Source of the DNA: Candidatus Magasanikiibacteriota bacterium
Lineage (GTDB): Bacteria; Patescibacteriota; Patescibacteriia; Magasanikbacterales; UBA922
Direction of reading: 5' to 3'
NCBI GenBank assembly: GCA_021648085.1
Contig: JAKITS010000001.1
Coordinates: 260,948 to 324,947 of the forward strand
DNA: 64,000 nt
In this document: piece by piece, positions 49,344-58,704 of the stretch
Layout: every line of letters starts with the position of its first letter
Numbering within the stretch: position 1 is the stretch's first letter
Position numbers and translations under genes: made by a program
The notes under the pieces: model-generated
What the model was told of the DNA's origin: nothing
The model's database searches: none
The model's input: the letters and a program-made list of their open reading frames with translations, nothing else

Positions 49344-49345
49344 AT

Positions 49346-49789
49346 TTATCTTTTTACCGATATAGTCTCTCCAGCTTCTGCGTCTGGAGCAATCACAGTT
49401 ATTCTACCAGAATTTCCTGATTTTTTAATTTCATAACATACTCCATTTGGGTCGCAGACACCACTTGGGTCAAGCGGTATGTCTACTAAATATTCTTCGT
49501 TTGTAGTTAAAATAGACAGATCAATTAATCCTGTGCAATCTAAAGCATTTGTCTTACAAATTTCAGTTTGAGTTTGTGTAATTGTGGTTGGTAGGTTTCC
49601 ATTGTTATCTACTCGATATTGATGAATTGCATTTAAAATTGTGTGTATTTCTACACTCCTTTCTGCATTTCTTGTTTCTTGAAAGCGTGTTTCAGGATCT
49701 ATTATAAATACAACCATAGCATACAAAATAGCAATAATTGATATTGTAAGTAAAAGTTCTATCATTGTGAATCCTTTTTGATTTTTCAT
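49346..49789 (-). CDS. Type IV major pilin / pseudopilin
   Basis: KGFTMIELL prepilin motif, ARNA-like ETRNAER, IPLDP. Confidence 0.9.
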   Translation of the reverse strand: MKNQKGFTMIELLLTISIIAILYAMVVFIIDPETRFQETRNAERSVEIHTILNAIHQYRVDNNGNLPTTITQTQTEICKTNALDCTGLIDLSILTTNEEYLVDIPLDPSGVCDPNGVCYEIKKSGNSGRITVIAPDAEAGETISVKR

Positions 49790-49800
49790 AATATTTTAAT

Positions 49801-50601
49801 TTAAAAATCTGCAACTTCATCCCAAGAAACTAGATTTATATTAGGCGTTATTTGGTCTATTATAATTTCTATCTTTCTTGTGGAATTTCCAACTGTTCCT
49901 GTTGTTTTTATTTCTCTATTTTGGTCGTTTGAGATGGTTCCACCTCCTGTAACTTCTGATGTTGTGGTAGATCCATCGCTCATTGTAAATATAACCGTAA
50001 CGGTTCCACCTTGAATTTGTTTATCAAATTCAAGTTTTAAGTCTAGTTGCGATCCGCCAGATAGCAGTATATAATCCGTCACATCTAAAAAAGTACCTGA
50101 TGTTTTCTTTTTGTCCCAAATTTTATCGCCATCTATTCTAATTTTTTTTATTTTGTTTCCAGGGTCTCCTCCGGTCCAACTCACGGTCATTCCTGTAATA
50201 GTTATATCAGCTGTTGTTGAAGTGTTTTGCAAAGTAATCCCTTCTATATCATCACCACCTCCTGTATAAGTAAGTCCAGATATATCAACATTATTAAAAT
50301 CTCCCTGGGTAGTTGCTGTAGATGTTGTAATAATTATTTCCATTGTGCACTGTCCATCATCTAAAAATATTGTATCTGTTCCAGAATATAACTCGGATTC
50401 ATTTATTCTTTGGAGTGCTTCTTCTGCGCATATTTCTGCAGCATATTTTGCCTGGCTAAATTTTAGTGTGTCTGCATCTGTCCTTAAATAATCTGTTCCA
50501 AGAAATAACATAGTCAATACTATAGATAGACTGACCGCCCCCAATGTCAAAACACTTATAAGTGCTACAAATCCTTTATCGTCTAACAGTTGCTGATCCA
50601 T
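49801..50601 (-). CDS. PilX/GspK-like minor pilin with an inserted beta-rich domain
   Basis: KGFVAL (no E5), AEICAEEAL; insert GITLQNTS...ITGMTVSWTGGDP...FTMSDGS. Confidence 0.75.
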   Translation of the reverse strand: MDQQLLDDKGFVALISVLTLGAVSLSIVLTMLFLGTDYLRTDADTLKFSQAKYAAEICAEEALQRINESELYSGTDTIFLDDGQCTMEIIITTSTATTQGDFNNVDISGLTYTGGGDDIEGITLQNTSTTADITITGMTVSWTGGDPGNKIKKIRIDGDKIWDKKKTSGTFLDVTDYILLSGGSQLDLKLEFDKQIQGGTVTVIFTMSDGSTTTSEVTGGGTISNDQNREIKTTGTVGNSTRKIEIIIDQITPNINLVSWDEVADF

Positions 50602-51091
50602 AAAATGTTTTTTCATATTTAAATTCGTTTTGATTTGCTGGATTTTTATGTGCTATTGTTATCTCAACTCTAATAATACCAGTTGTAGAAGCTCTTGTAA
50701 CATTTCTAAATACTATATTTGTAATATCAATAAGATTATTATTTAGTATAATTGGTGTTTGCACACCTTCTGTAATGAATAAATCTGTATTAGTAAGTGT
50801 AAAGGTCGTTGGATTTTTTGTGACATTACTCATAACCAAAGAAAGGTTACTGCTACTAGATCCAGCTGATGGGGAGTTTATAGAGCTGGCTTTTCTTATA
50901 GATTTTATTATTGTTCTTGCTATAAATTCTCCTTGTCTTTCTACTTCGTTTATTGTTTGATTTTTTGCTTTAGATTCCATTACCATTGTAACAAACAAAA
51001 ACATACTTCCTAAAAAAAATACCAATATAGAAATATATAATATTAATTCAACAAGTGAAAATCCTTTTTTATTTTTTATAATTTTTTTCAT
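50576..51091 (-). CDS. Minor pilin (PilW-like)
   Basis: KGFSLVELILY. Confidence 0.85.
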   Translation of the reverse strand: MKKIIKNKKGFSLVELILYISILVFFLGSMFLFVTMVMESKAKNQTINEVERQGEFIARTIIKSIRKASSINSPSAGSSSSNLSLVMSNVTKNPTTFTLTNTDLFITEGVQTPIILNNNLIDITNIVFRNVTRASTTGIIRVEITIAHKNPANQNEFKYEKTFYGSATVRR

Positions 51092-51094
51092 AGA

Positions 51095-52666
51095 CTAAAA
51101 AGAGAGTGGGGTAGGAGTATAAATTGAACCGTCCAGCATCAAAAAATCTATTGTAATTACTGTCCCAATCATACTTTTTGTGAAATAAAGTCTTAATTGT
51201 TTATTATCTGTAGGGGCTATTGCATAATCCGTAATGTCAACTTGTGTACCAGAGGACACGTTCGGATTCCACACATTTGTTCCGCCAATTCTTATTTTAT
51301 CTAAAAGTGCTGCTGGATCTCCACCTGTCCATGTGATAGTCATTTCTACTATTGTAATATCACCAAAAGGCGCCAAACTTGATAAATAATTTCCAGAAAC
51401 TCTTTTGTCACCTTTGTGAGTGTACGCCCCACTACTATCCATTGTTAAGTAGTAAGCTTCATTTTCTGACAAAACAAACGATACGACCATTGTCTTTGTA
51501 GATCCATCTAACATTGTAAATTCTACAGTTACAACAGTCCCGCTCATATCTTCTGTGAAGTGCAGTCTAAGTTCATCTGGATTTGCCCCACTAGTCAGAA
51601 CGGTATCAGTAATATCAGCAGTAGCACCAGAGACAATATTTGGATTCCAAACTGTATTTCCACCTATTTTAATTCTGTCCAAAAGTGTACCTCCTATACC
51701 ACCGGTCCAGCTTACGACCATTGAAGCTACTGTGATATCTCCAAAAGGAGCTGTATTACTTAGCTCTGTTCCATATATACGCTTATTCCCATTAGATAAA
51801 TATGTTGTAGATGTGTTTACAGATAAATAACTAGCCTCATCTCCTGACAAAACAAACGATACGACCATTGTCTTTGTAGATCCATCTAACATTGTAAATT
51901 CTACAGTTACAACAGTCCCGCTCATATCTTTTGTGAATCGTAGTCTAAGTTCATCTGGATTTGCCCCACTAGTCAGAACGGTATCAGTAATATCAGCAGT
52001 AGCACCAGAGACAATATTTGGACTCCAAACAGTATTTCCTGCTATGTCTATTCGATCTAAAAGTGCTGCAGGATCTCCACCAGTCCAGCTTACGACCATT
52101 GAAGTGATAGTTATAGGTCCTGTGGAAGAAGTATTTTGTAAGGTTGTGCCGTATATTCTTTTGTTTGCATTTGTTAGGTATGTGTTTGCAGTGTCTATAG
52201 TTAAATAACTGGATTCTGTATCAGTACTTCCAGATCCGGGTGGGCGCCAATTTGTAAGACGTATTCCAAGCTGATAAGAAGATGTTGTATTTTCTCGCGG
52301 ATTCCATGTAATTGTAGTTGTTGCAGATTTTCTATTTGTATCTATACTGCTAATATCTATAGTTCTTGTAAAAAAATTATCTGTTACATCCGGTGTTCCT
52401 GTTAAATCCCACTGGTTTGATACCAGTCCTAATCCATGTGTTCCGTCTGTTAATAATGTAAAATCATCATCTTTTATGTTTCTCAATGCTTCAACAGCTT
52501 CTTCTGCTAAAAGCGTAGCACGCCCTCTATCACCACTATTTACAGTTGTATCTTTTGTGTAAATCAAGGAACCGGCCATTGTAGTAACAAGCATTATAAA
52601 TAATGCTCCGGAAAGAATAATTTCAACAAGTGAAAATCCTTTAATTTCCTTGAACACCTTTTTCAT
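51095..52666 (-). CDS. Minor pilin (PilV-like) with three tandem 126-aa C-terminal repeats
   Basis: KGFSLVEI; repeat unit NKRIYGT.L.N...ITxxSMVVSWTGG...FTMLDGS three times. Confidence 0.85.
   Translation of the reverse strand: MKKVFKEIKGFSLVEIILSGALFIMLVTTMAGSLIYTKDTTVNSGDRGRATLLAEEAVEALRNIKDDDFTLLTDGTHGLGLVSNQWDLTGTPDVTDNFFTRTIDISSIDTNRKSATTTITWNPRENTTSSYQLGIRLTNWRPPGSGSTDTESSYLTIDTANTYLTNANKRIYGTTLQNTSSTGPITITSMVVSWTGGDPAALLDRIDIAGNTVWSPNIVSGATADITDTVLTSGANPDELRLRFTKDMSGTVVTVEFTMLDGSTKTMVVSFVLSGDEASYLSVNTSTTYLSNGNKRIYGTELSNTAPFGDITVASMVVSWTGGIGGTLLDRIKIGGNTVWNPNIVSGATADITDTVLTSGANPDELRLHFTEDMSGTVVTVEFTMLDGSTKTMVVSFVLSENEAYYLTMDSSGAYTHKGDKRVSGNYLSSLAPFGDITIVEMTITWTGGDPAALLDKIRIGGTNVWNPNVSSGTQVDITDYAIAPTDNKQLRLYFTKSMIGTVITIDFLMLDGSIYTPTPLSF
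51466..52039. repeat. Near-identical intragenic direct repeat, 378-bp period
   Basis: 51466-51661 vs 51844-52039 differ at only a few positions. Confidence 0.85.
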
Positions 52667-53087
52667 TAATTGTGATTGTTTTTGTTTCATTGTCTATTGT
52701 TAACTCTATATTTGCTATATTTTGTGGATCTCCTGTGAACTTACTAAATATAATATCTGTTGTTCCACTTACTATAACCCTCGCAGACATCTTTGTTATT
52801 TCTTCAAAAGAAAGGTCTCTTGTGGGGTAGTCTGTACCTTTAAATACAGTAATATCTTCATTCTCTATATGAACACTCCAATTATCGTCTTCTATCATAT
52901 TTCTAGATAAAATCTGTGCCCTGTAAAGACTTGTTTTAAGCATTTCAGAGGCTAAATCGACATCATTTTTTGTTTGAAAAACAGAGTATATTGGTGCAGA
53001 CACAGCTATTATAATTCCAAGTAGCGATATTACTAAAACCATTTCCAACAAAGTAAAACCTTTAGTTTTACAGATAGAAATATACAT
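52641..53087 (-). CDS. Minor pilin (FimT/GspH-like)
   Basis: KGFTLLEM, IIFSKFTG. Confidence 0.85.
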   Translation of the reverse strand: MYISICKTKGFTLLEMVLVISLLGIIIAVSAPIYSVFQTKNDVDLASEMLKTSLYRAQILSRNMIEDDNWSVHIENEDITVFKGTDYPTRDLSFEEITKMSARVIVSGTTDIIFSKFTGDPQNIANIELTIDNETKTITINEKGVQGN

Positions 53088-53091
53088 AAGA

Positions 53092-54543
53092 TTACTCTAA
53101 AATGGTTATATAAGTACCTAATACCCATCCAGTTTCACCACTATCTAATGTTATTTTATACCATCCATTTTCTGTTTCAGAATAAATATAAGTATCGGTG
53201 GGCTCAACTTTTTCGATCAAACCACCGTTTAAAGATGGAGTACTACGCACATTTAAAAACCCAGTACCCGTAGGGAGAATCTCTAAAAGATTTTTAGGTT
53301 TTATGTTTGTTGTAGACTCACTCGTTGTCGATGTTTCTGTAGGCATTGTTTCAATAATATCTGTCTGTGTACTTATTGGTGGTGGGGAAGTTGGCTGATT
53401 TTGTTTTTTATTTTGAGACCCAACTCCAGCAACCAAATTGTAGATTGGTAGTATTACAGCCAAAGCTACCAAAAGAACACCCATCCATACTATAACTAAC
53501 AAAATTGGTTCGAGCATTACACTTAGATTTTTTGTTGTTGTTTCTATTTTTGCGTCAAATTTTTTACCTATTTGAATAAGACTGGAACCTAGTTTACCAG
53601 ACTGTTCTCCGGCTATAATAAGAGCTTGAACTGATACTGGTATTAATTTTTTTGAATATTTGTATTTTTTGAAACTCTCTTCTATAGACAGACCATTTTT
53701 TACATTGTCATGAAGTTTTTTATAAAATTTTGAATATAAGTTAAATTTACTAGCCTCTGATAGTGAGTCTAATGATTTTAAGATTGGAACACTAGCTTCT
53801 AATAGTGTTCCAAGAAAATAGCCCATTCTTGCTAACTCTACATATTGAATAAGTTTGGAAATTCCAGGTGTTTTAAACAACATCCAAAAACCAACAAAGT
53901 TCGTTTTTTTATATATAAACAAAAAGAAAAATAATAATAAAATAGTAATTATTAATATTGGGAAAAAAATAGATCCTTTTTCTGTTATAAAATTTGAAAA
54001 ACCAATAAGAATTCTAGTAGCAAGAGGTAGCTCTACACCCAACGATGTAAAAATACCAGTAAGCCTCGGAAGTACAAAAAAAGCTGTTCCAAGACCAATT
54101 ACTAGTGTAAGTGAAATAACAAAACTTGGATACAACATTGCAGATCTAATTTTTGAATTATAGACTTGTTCTTTTCTTTGTTGTTCTAAAATTAAATTAA
54201 GGTTTTCTGCCATTGTCCCGCTCTCTTCTCCCATTTTTACCAAAGATATAAAATATTCTGAAAGTATGTTTGTTTTTTGAAAAGTTTTCCACAGCGATTC
54301 ACCTGCATCAACATTTCTGGAAATGTAGGTAATGGCAAATTTCATTGCCCAAGTTTTACTTTCTTTTTTAAGAATAGATAATATTTTACTAATACCCATC
54401 CCAGAGCCATATAATAAAGAAAAGTTCTCGATAAATATATTTTTTTCTTTTTTAGATATCAAAATTCTAGTTAGAAATAACTTTCTTTTTATACTTTTTT
54501 TATTATATTTCTTTTTACTTTTTCTTTTTACTTTTTTTTTCAT
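53092..54543 (-). CDS. pilC: PilC/GspF platform protein with C-terminal SH3b domain
   Basis: GEESG, AMLYP, GEQSG, LEP motifs; then P/T-rich linker and LNVRSTP...NGWYKI...GWV. Confidence 0.88.
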   Translation of the reverse strand: MKKKVKRKSKKKYNKKSIKRKLFLTRILISKKEKNIFIENFSLLYGSGMGISKILSILKKESKTWAMKFAITYISRNVDAGESLWKTFQKTNILSEYFISLVKMGEESGTMAENLNLILEQQRKEQVYNSKIRSAMLYPSFVISLTLVIGLGTAFFVLPRLTGIFTSLGVELPLATRILIGFSNFITEKGSIFFPILIITILLLFFFLFIYKKTNFVGFWMLFKTPGISKLIQYVELARMGYFLGTLLEASVPILKSLDSLSEASKFNLYSKFYKKLHDNVKNGLSIEESFKKYKYSKKLIPVSVQALIIAGEQSGKLGSSLIQIGKKFDAKIETTTKNLSVMLEPILLVIVWMGVLLVALAVILPIYNLVAGVGSQNKKQNQPTSPPPISTQTDIIETMPTETSTTSESTTNIKPKNLLEILPTGTGFLNVRSTPSLNGGLIEKVEPTDTYIYSETENGWYKITLDSGETGWVLGTYITILE

Positions 54544-56233
54544 AATGTTTTTTGTTTGTAAGTTGTTCATTTACCCCAGCAACCCGCATTACTTCTTCTA
54601 GTGTTGTCACACCTTGACGTACTTTAATAATACCATCTTCCATAAGGCTTTTAGTACCCTTCTCCCTCGCTATCCTCCATATGTGCTGTGCCGATGGTTT
54701 TTCTAGGATTAAACTTTTTAATTCTCTATCTATCTCTAAAAATTCATAAATACCAACACGACCACTGTAGCCAATACCGGAACAGGTTGCACAAGTTTTT
54801 CCATATCTATCCTCACCCTTTCCTTTGTACAGGCGAACGCTTTTTTCTGGAAAATGTATCTTGTGAGAGTGGGGAAGTTCTTTTTTGATATAAGAGTGTG
54901 AAGCTGTAAAACTAACCTTGCACTGCTGACAAATTCGCCTTACAAGCCTTTGAGAAATTATAAGTTCCAGTGTGGATGATAAAAGAAAAGTCTCAGCACC
55001 CATAAAAGTCATACGAGGTAGGGAAGAGGCGGCATTGTTTGCATGAAAAGTAGATAAAAGAAGGTGTCCTGTAAGTGCAGCATTTAGTGCTATGTCAACA
55101 GTTTCTTTATCACGGATTTCTCCAACAAGAACAACATCTGGGTCTTGACGAACAATAGAGCGCAAACCTTTTGAGAAGGTTATTTTCTTCCCTTCGTTTA
55201 CCTGAATCTGATTAATTCCTGGAATTCTATACTCAACAGGATCTTCAATAGTCGTAATGTTAATTTCTGGAGTATTTATATATTTTAAAATGGAGTAAAG
55301 AGTAGTTGTTTTACCTGAACCTGTTGGGCCTGTTACTAAAATCATACCAAAAGGTTTTTTAGCATTTTTTTCTATAATCTCTTGATTTTCTTGTGATATT
55401 CCCAAATCTTCAAAAGTAAAACCTTTTACATAGTGAGATAAAATTCTAGCAGCAATTTTCTCTCCTCTTATTGTTGGGATAATAGAAATACGCATATTTA
55501 CAGTTTCTCCACCAGTTTCTACATTTATACCACCATCTTGGATTGTTTGGTGCTCGTCTATCCTTAATCTTGCTAAAATTTTTATTCTGTTTAAAACATT
55601 ACTATAAAATTGTTTTGGTATGTTACCAGCCTCTTTAAGTACACCATCTATACGAAATCTCACTACCACATCTTTTTCTTCTGGCTCAAAATGGACATCG
55701 GACGCTCCAAAAAGTACAGCATCGTGAAAAATTTCATTTAATATATCTGGAGCCACCGTTACACCTTCTTTGATAATCTTACTAAATCTGGTGATTAATT
55801 TTTTTTTGTAATATAGTAAAATTCCCTCTATATCTTCTGGTAATGAAAAGGCTATTTTTATTTTTTTACCCTTGAATTCTCGTTTTATGGCAGACTTAAG
55901 CCCATGTTTTTTGGGATTGTCTGTGGTAACCACAACTAGCCCTTTTTCTTTTTTAAATAAAATAGCATTAAATTTTACAGCTATTTTTTCTGAAAGTTTA
56001 AGAACAATTTCTTTTGATGGAACAGAGGCACCTAAGTTTATGTAGGAGGTTTTATAAAATTCTGCTATTGCTTGACCTAGGAGATCTTTACTCAATAAAT
56101 TTCTAGAAAGTAGATAATCTTCTAGTTTTGCGTGCTGATGTTTAATAATTCTTCTTGCTTGGGACAGTTCTTTTTTTGTAATATAATCTCCAGCAAGTAA
56201 AATTTGAGCTATTTGTTTATTATCAAAAGGCAT
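54515..56233 (-). CDS. pilB: PilB/GspE assembly ATPase
   Basis: ASDVHFEP, RFRIDG, GPTGSGKTTTLY, EDPVEY, RQDPD, GEIRD. Confidence 0.93.
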   Translation of the reverse strand: MPFDNKQIAQILLAGDYITKKELSQARRIIKHQHAKLEDYLLSRNLLSKDLLGQAIAEFYKTSYINLGASVPSKEIVLKLSEKIAVKFNAILFKKEKGLVVVTTDNPKKHGLKSAIKREFKGKKIKIAFSLPEDIEGILLYYKKKLITRFSKIIKEGVTVAPDILNEIFHDAVLFGASDVHFEPEEKDVVVRFRIDGVLKEAGNIPKQFYSNVLNRIKILARLRIDEHQTIQDGGINVETGGETVNMRISIIPTIRGEKIAARILSHYVKGFTFEDLGISQENQEIIEKNAKKPFGMILVTGPTGSGKTTTLYSILKYINTPEINITTIEDPVEYRIPGINQIQVNEGKKITFSKGLRSIVRQDPDVVLVGEIRDKETVDIALNAALTGHLLLSTFHANNAASSLPRMTFMGAETFLLSSTLELIISQRLVRRICQQCKVSFTASHSYIKKELPHSHKIHFPEKSVRLYKGKGEDRYGKTCATCSGIGYSGRVGIYEFLEIDRELKSLILEKPSAQHIWRIAREKGTKSLMEDGIIKVRQGVTTLEEVMRVAGVNEQLTNKKHYEKKSKKKK

Positions 56234-56259
56234 AATTTAGACAGACAAGTTTTATTTAA

Positions 56260-56631
56260 TTATTTTACGTATTTTTTTACTTCTTTTACAAGGTCTAGTA
56301 GTGAGACATCTGTTTTTATAAAATACCCTTTTACACTTTTGTATCCTTTTACTTTTTTTTCGTCTTCAGTTTGGCTTAAGTTTGTGGATACCAAAACAGG
56401 AACATGTACATGGCGTTTTTTCATTTTTTCTAAAACAGTAAAACCATCGATTTTGGGTAAAATTAAATCTAAAATCATTAGGTCATACTTTCCTTTTTTT
56501 AGATCTTTCAACGCTTCCGCGCCATCGTAAGCTATTACAGGTTCAAATCCAGATTTTTTTAGTTTTAACGCCAATGCTTTTGCGAGTGGTTTGTGGTCTT
56601 CTGTGATTAAAATTTTTTTCTTTTTATGCAT
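56260..56631 (-). CDS. Single-domain response regulator
   Basis: ILITED, LDLILPKIDG, STN, K. Confidence 0.9.
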   Translation of the reverse strand: MHKKKKILITEDHKPLAKALALKLKKSGFEPVIAYDGAEALKDLKKGKYDLMILDLILPKIDGFTVLEKMKKRHVHVPVLVSTNLSQTEDEKKVKGYKSVKGYFIKTDVSLLDLVKEVKKYVK

Positions 56632-56719
56632 AAAATTTATATTAACTACATTATAACATAAATTGTGGAAGCTTTAAATTACTTGAATTTTCTCTTGTGG
56701 ATATGTTATAATTTATCGT

Positions 56720-57973
56720 ATGAGAAAAGGACTTATATTTTTATTTATTTTTTTGGTTGGCTTGATAGCTTTGCCTATTTTTGTATTTTCACAAGAAGAA
56801 GAATCAGAGAATATGCAGGAAGAGGTGGTTTCAGCAGAAGTTGAAATGTTAAACCAACGAATAAAAGAAAAGCAAGATAAGATAAAACAAATAGAAAAAA
56901 GTATTGCAAATTATAAAAATAAAATAAAGTCAAAAAGATTAGAAGCTATTTCACTTTCAAACCAGATGTCTATTTTGGATAATAGGGTGGCTCAAGTAGA
57001 GTTAGACATAGAGTTTACAAAAGAAAAATTAGATGTTTTAAATTTAGAAATAGAACAGTTAGAGTTGTCAATTTATGAAAATAAAGAGGTAATGGATAGG
57101 CAAAAAATTATGATCGCAGAGCTTATACGAACCCTCCATCAAAATAAAGATAGAAATTTTATAGAAGTTTTGGCTACTTACAATTCTTTTTCAGAGTTTT
57201 ACAATGGTTTGCAGTATCTAGAAACAGTAGAAGAAGGTTTGGGGCAAAGCGTCTATTCATTAAAAGTTGCAAAAGTACAATTAGATGAAAAAAAAGACGA
57301 AAGAGAAACCAAAAAAGATAGCTATTTAAAGTTAAACGATAAATTACAAGAAAAAAAGAAAGATTTGGAAGAGAATGTGTTTAATAAAGAGACATTACTT
57401 GTTCAAACAAAAGCGTCTGAAAGAACATTTAAAACCTTGGTCGGCAACCTAAGAAGTCAATACGAGCAAATAGAAGGTGAGATACAAGGAATTGAAGAGC
57501 AAATGCGTAAAAAATTGGAAGGAGGAAATAAACTGGAAAATATAAATACAGGAGGTAATTTTATGTTGTCATGGCCAGTTCCCAGTAGGTATGTCACCTC
57601 TTATTTTCATGATCCAGACTATCCATACCGACATGTTTTTGAGCATAATGCTATAGATATTAGAGCAAGCCAAGGTACACCACTTAAGGCTGCTGCAGCT
57701 GGGTATGTAGCAAAAGCCAGAAGGTGTTACGCATCTACTTGTTATAGTTATATTATGATTATTCACTCCGGAGGCTTTACTACTGTGTATGGTCATCCTA
57801 GTAGTATATCAGTAAATGTAGATCAGTTTGTTGCAAAAGGGGACATAATAGGCTATTCTGGAGGAACACCAGGTACAAATGGTGCCGGACCTTTTGTAAC
57901 TGGACCTCACCTACACTTTGAATTGCGAAAAAATGGTATTCCTGTAAATCCGTTGGCTTATTTGCCACACTAA
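56720..57973 (+). CDS. M23 peptidase with coiled coil (EnvC/CwlO-like)
   Basis: Signal peptide, long coiled coil, HNAIDI, TGPHLHFE. Confidence 0.92.
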   Translation: MRKGLIFLFIFLVGLIALPIFVFSQEEESENMQEEVVSAEVEMLNQRIKEKQDKIKQIEKSIANYKNKIKSKRLEAISLSNQMSILDNRVAQVELDIEFTKEKLDVLNLEIEQLELSIYENKEVMDRQKIMIAELIRTLHQNKDRNFIEVLATYNSFSEFYNGLQYLETVEEGLGQSVYSLKVAKVQLDEKKDERETKKDSYLKLNDKLQEKKKDLEENVFNKETLLVQTKASERTFKTLVGNLRSQYEQIEGEIQGIEEQMRKKLEGGNKLENINTGGNFMLSWPVPSRYVTSYFHDPDYPYRHVFEHNAIDIRASQGTPLKAAAAGYVAKARRCYASTCYSYIMIIHSGGFTTVYGHPSSISVNVDQFVAKGDIIGYSGGTPGTNGAGPFVTGPHLHFELRKNGIPVNPLAYLPH

Positions 57974-57991
57974 ACAAGGAGGAAAGAGGAG

Positions 57992-58369
57992 ATGATAAAA
58001 AAGTTCTTTTTGAATTTACTTACTGTTATTAGTTATAAATTTTTTATTATAAAAAGATTATTTAAACGAAATAAAAAACAACTTCTAACTATATCAGAAG
58101 TTAAAGTTGGATATACTATTGATTGGGCAGATAATTTCAAAGAATGGGCTGAAAAAAGGTATGGTGCTGGATCTTTTAAGGTTTTAGACATAAAAGAAAA
58201 TAACTTAATGACGCGTAGGGTGATAAGAAGCGGAGAACTTTTAAATAAAACTCCATTATGTTTTTTGATAAAAATATGTGGAGGCAGTGTAAGAGAAAAG
58301 GGGGAGAGGTTATGGTTTGAAGGGGATTTCTTTTTTGGAAAAGAAATCTTTATTTACACTAAAGTATAA
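57992..58369 (+). CDS. Hypothetical protein (SD-led orphan)
   Basis: AAGGAGG/GAGGAG upstream; terminator 58374-58407. Confidence 0.55.
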   Translation: MIKKFFLNLLTVISYKFFIIKRLFKRNKKQLLTISEVKVGYTIDWADNFKEWAEKRYGAGSFKVLDIKENNLMTRRVIRSGELLNKTPLCFLIKICGGSVREKGERLWFEGDFFFGKEIFIYTKV

Positions 58370-58676
58370 AAGCAAAACCCAGATAAGTAAAAGTCTGGGT
58401 TTTTTTTGTATACAAAATGTATAGCGTCGTACAATAAAAAATAGTTTAGCTGTTGGGGGAAGTTGGGTGGTGTATTTTTTAGTTTATTTACTAGTAAAAA
58501 ATATAAAATATATAAATAATAAACTTATTTCTATATAAAACTGCCTTAATTGTAAATAAAAAAATATTTTTTTATTTACAATATTGTTAAATGACTTTTA
58601 TATTCTTGTTCTAGAAAAGAAAGTTTTAAATAAAGATGAATATTTACACCCATACTCTGAAGAGGTGTATTATAGA

Positions 58677-58704
58677 GTGTCGTATAATATACATTGTGCG
58701 ACAC
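58677..58704. other. dif-like tyrosine-recombinase site (11-6-11)
   Basis: GTGTCGTATAA-TATACA-TTGTGCGACAC; the minus-strand core TGTATA equals the E. coli dif core; intergenic, between convergent genes. Confidence 0.7.

Noticed and set aside
51095-52666. Pilin repeats as a DGR template/variable region pair
   Set aside because: No reverse transcriptase in the window, both copies are in-frame protein domains, and mismatches are not confined to adenines
56640-56720. oriC / DnaA boxes (TGTGGAAGC, TGTGGATAT)
   Set aside because: Only imperfect matches, no dnaA nearby, and overall gene orientation converges in this part of the window
11802-58369. Integron cassette array explaining the orphan genes
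   Set aside because: The orphans are dispersed on both strands, carry their own promoters, and show no attC-like GTTRRRY ends or integrase
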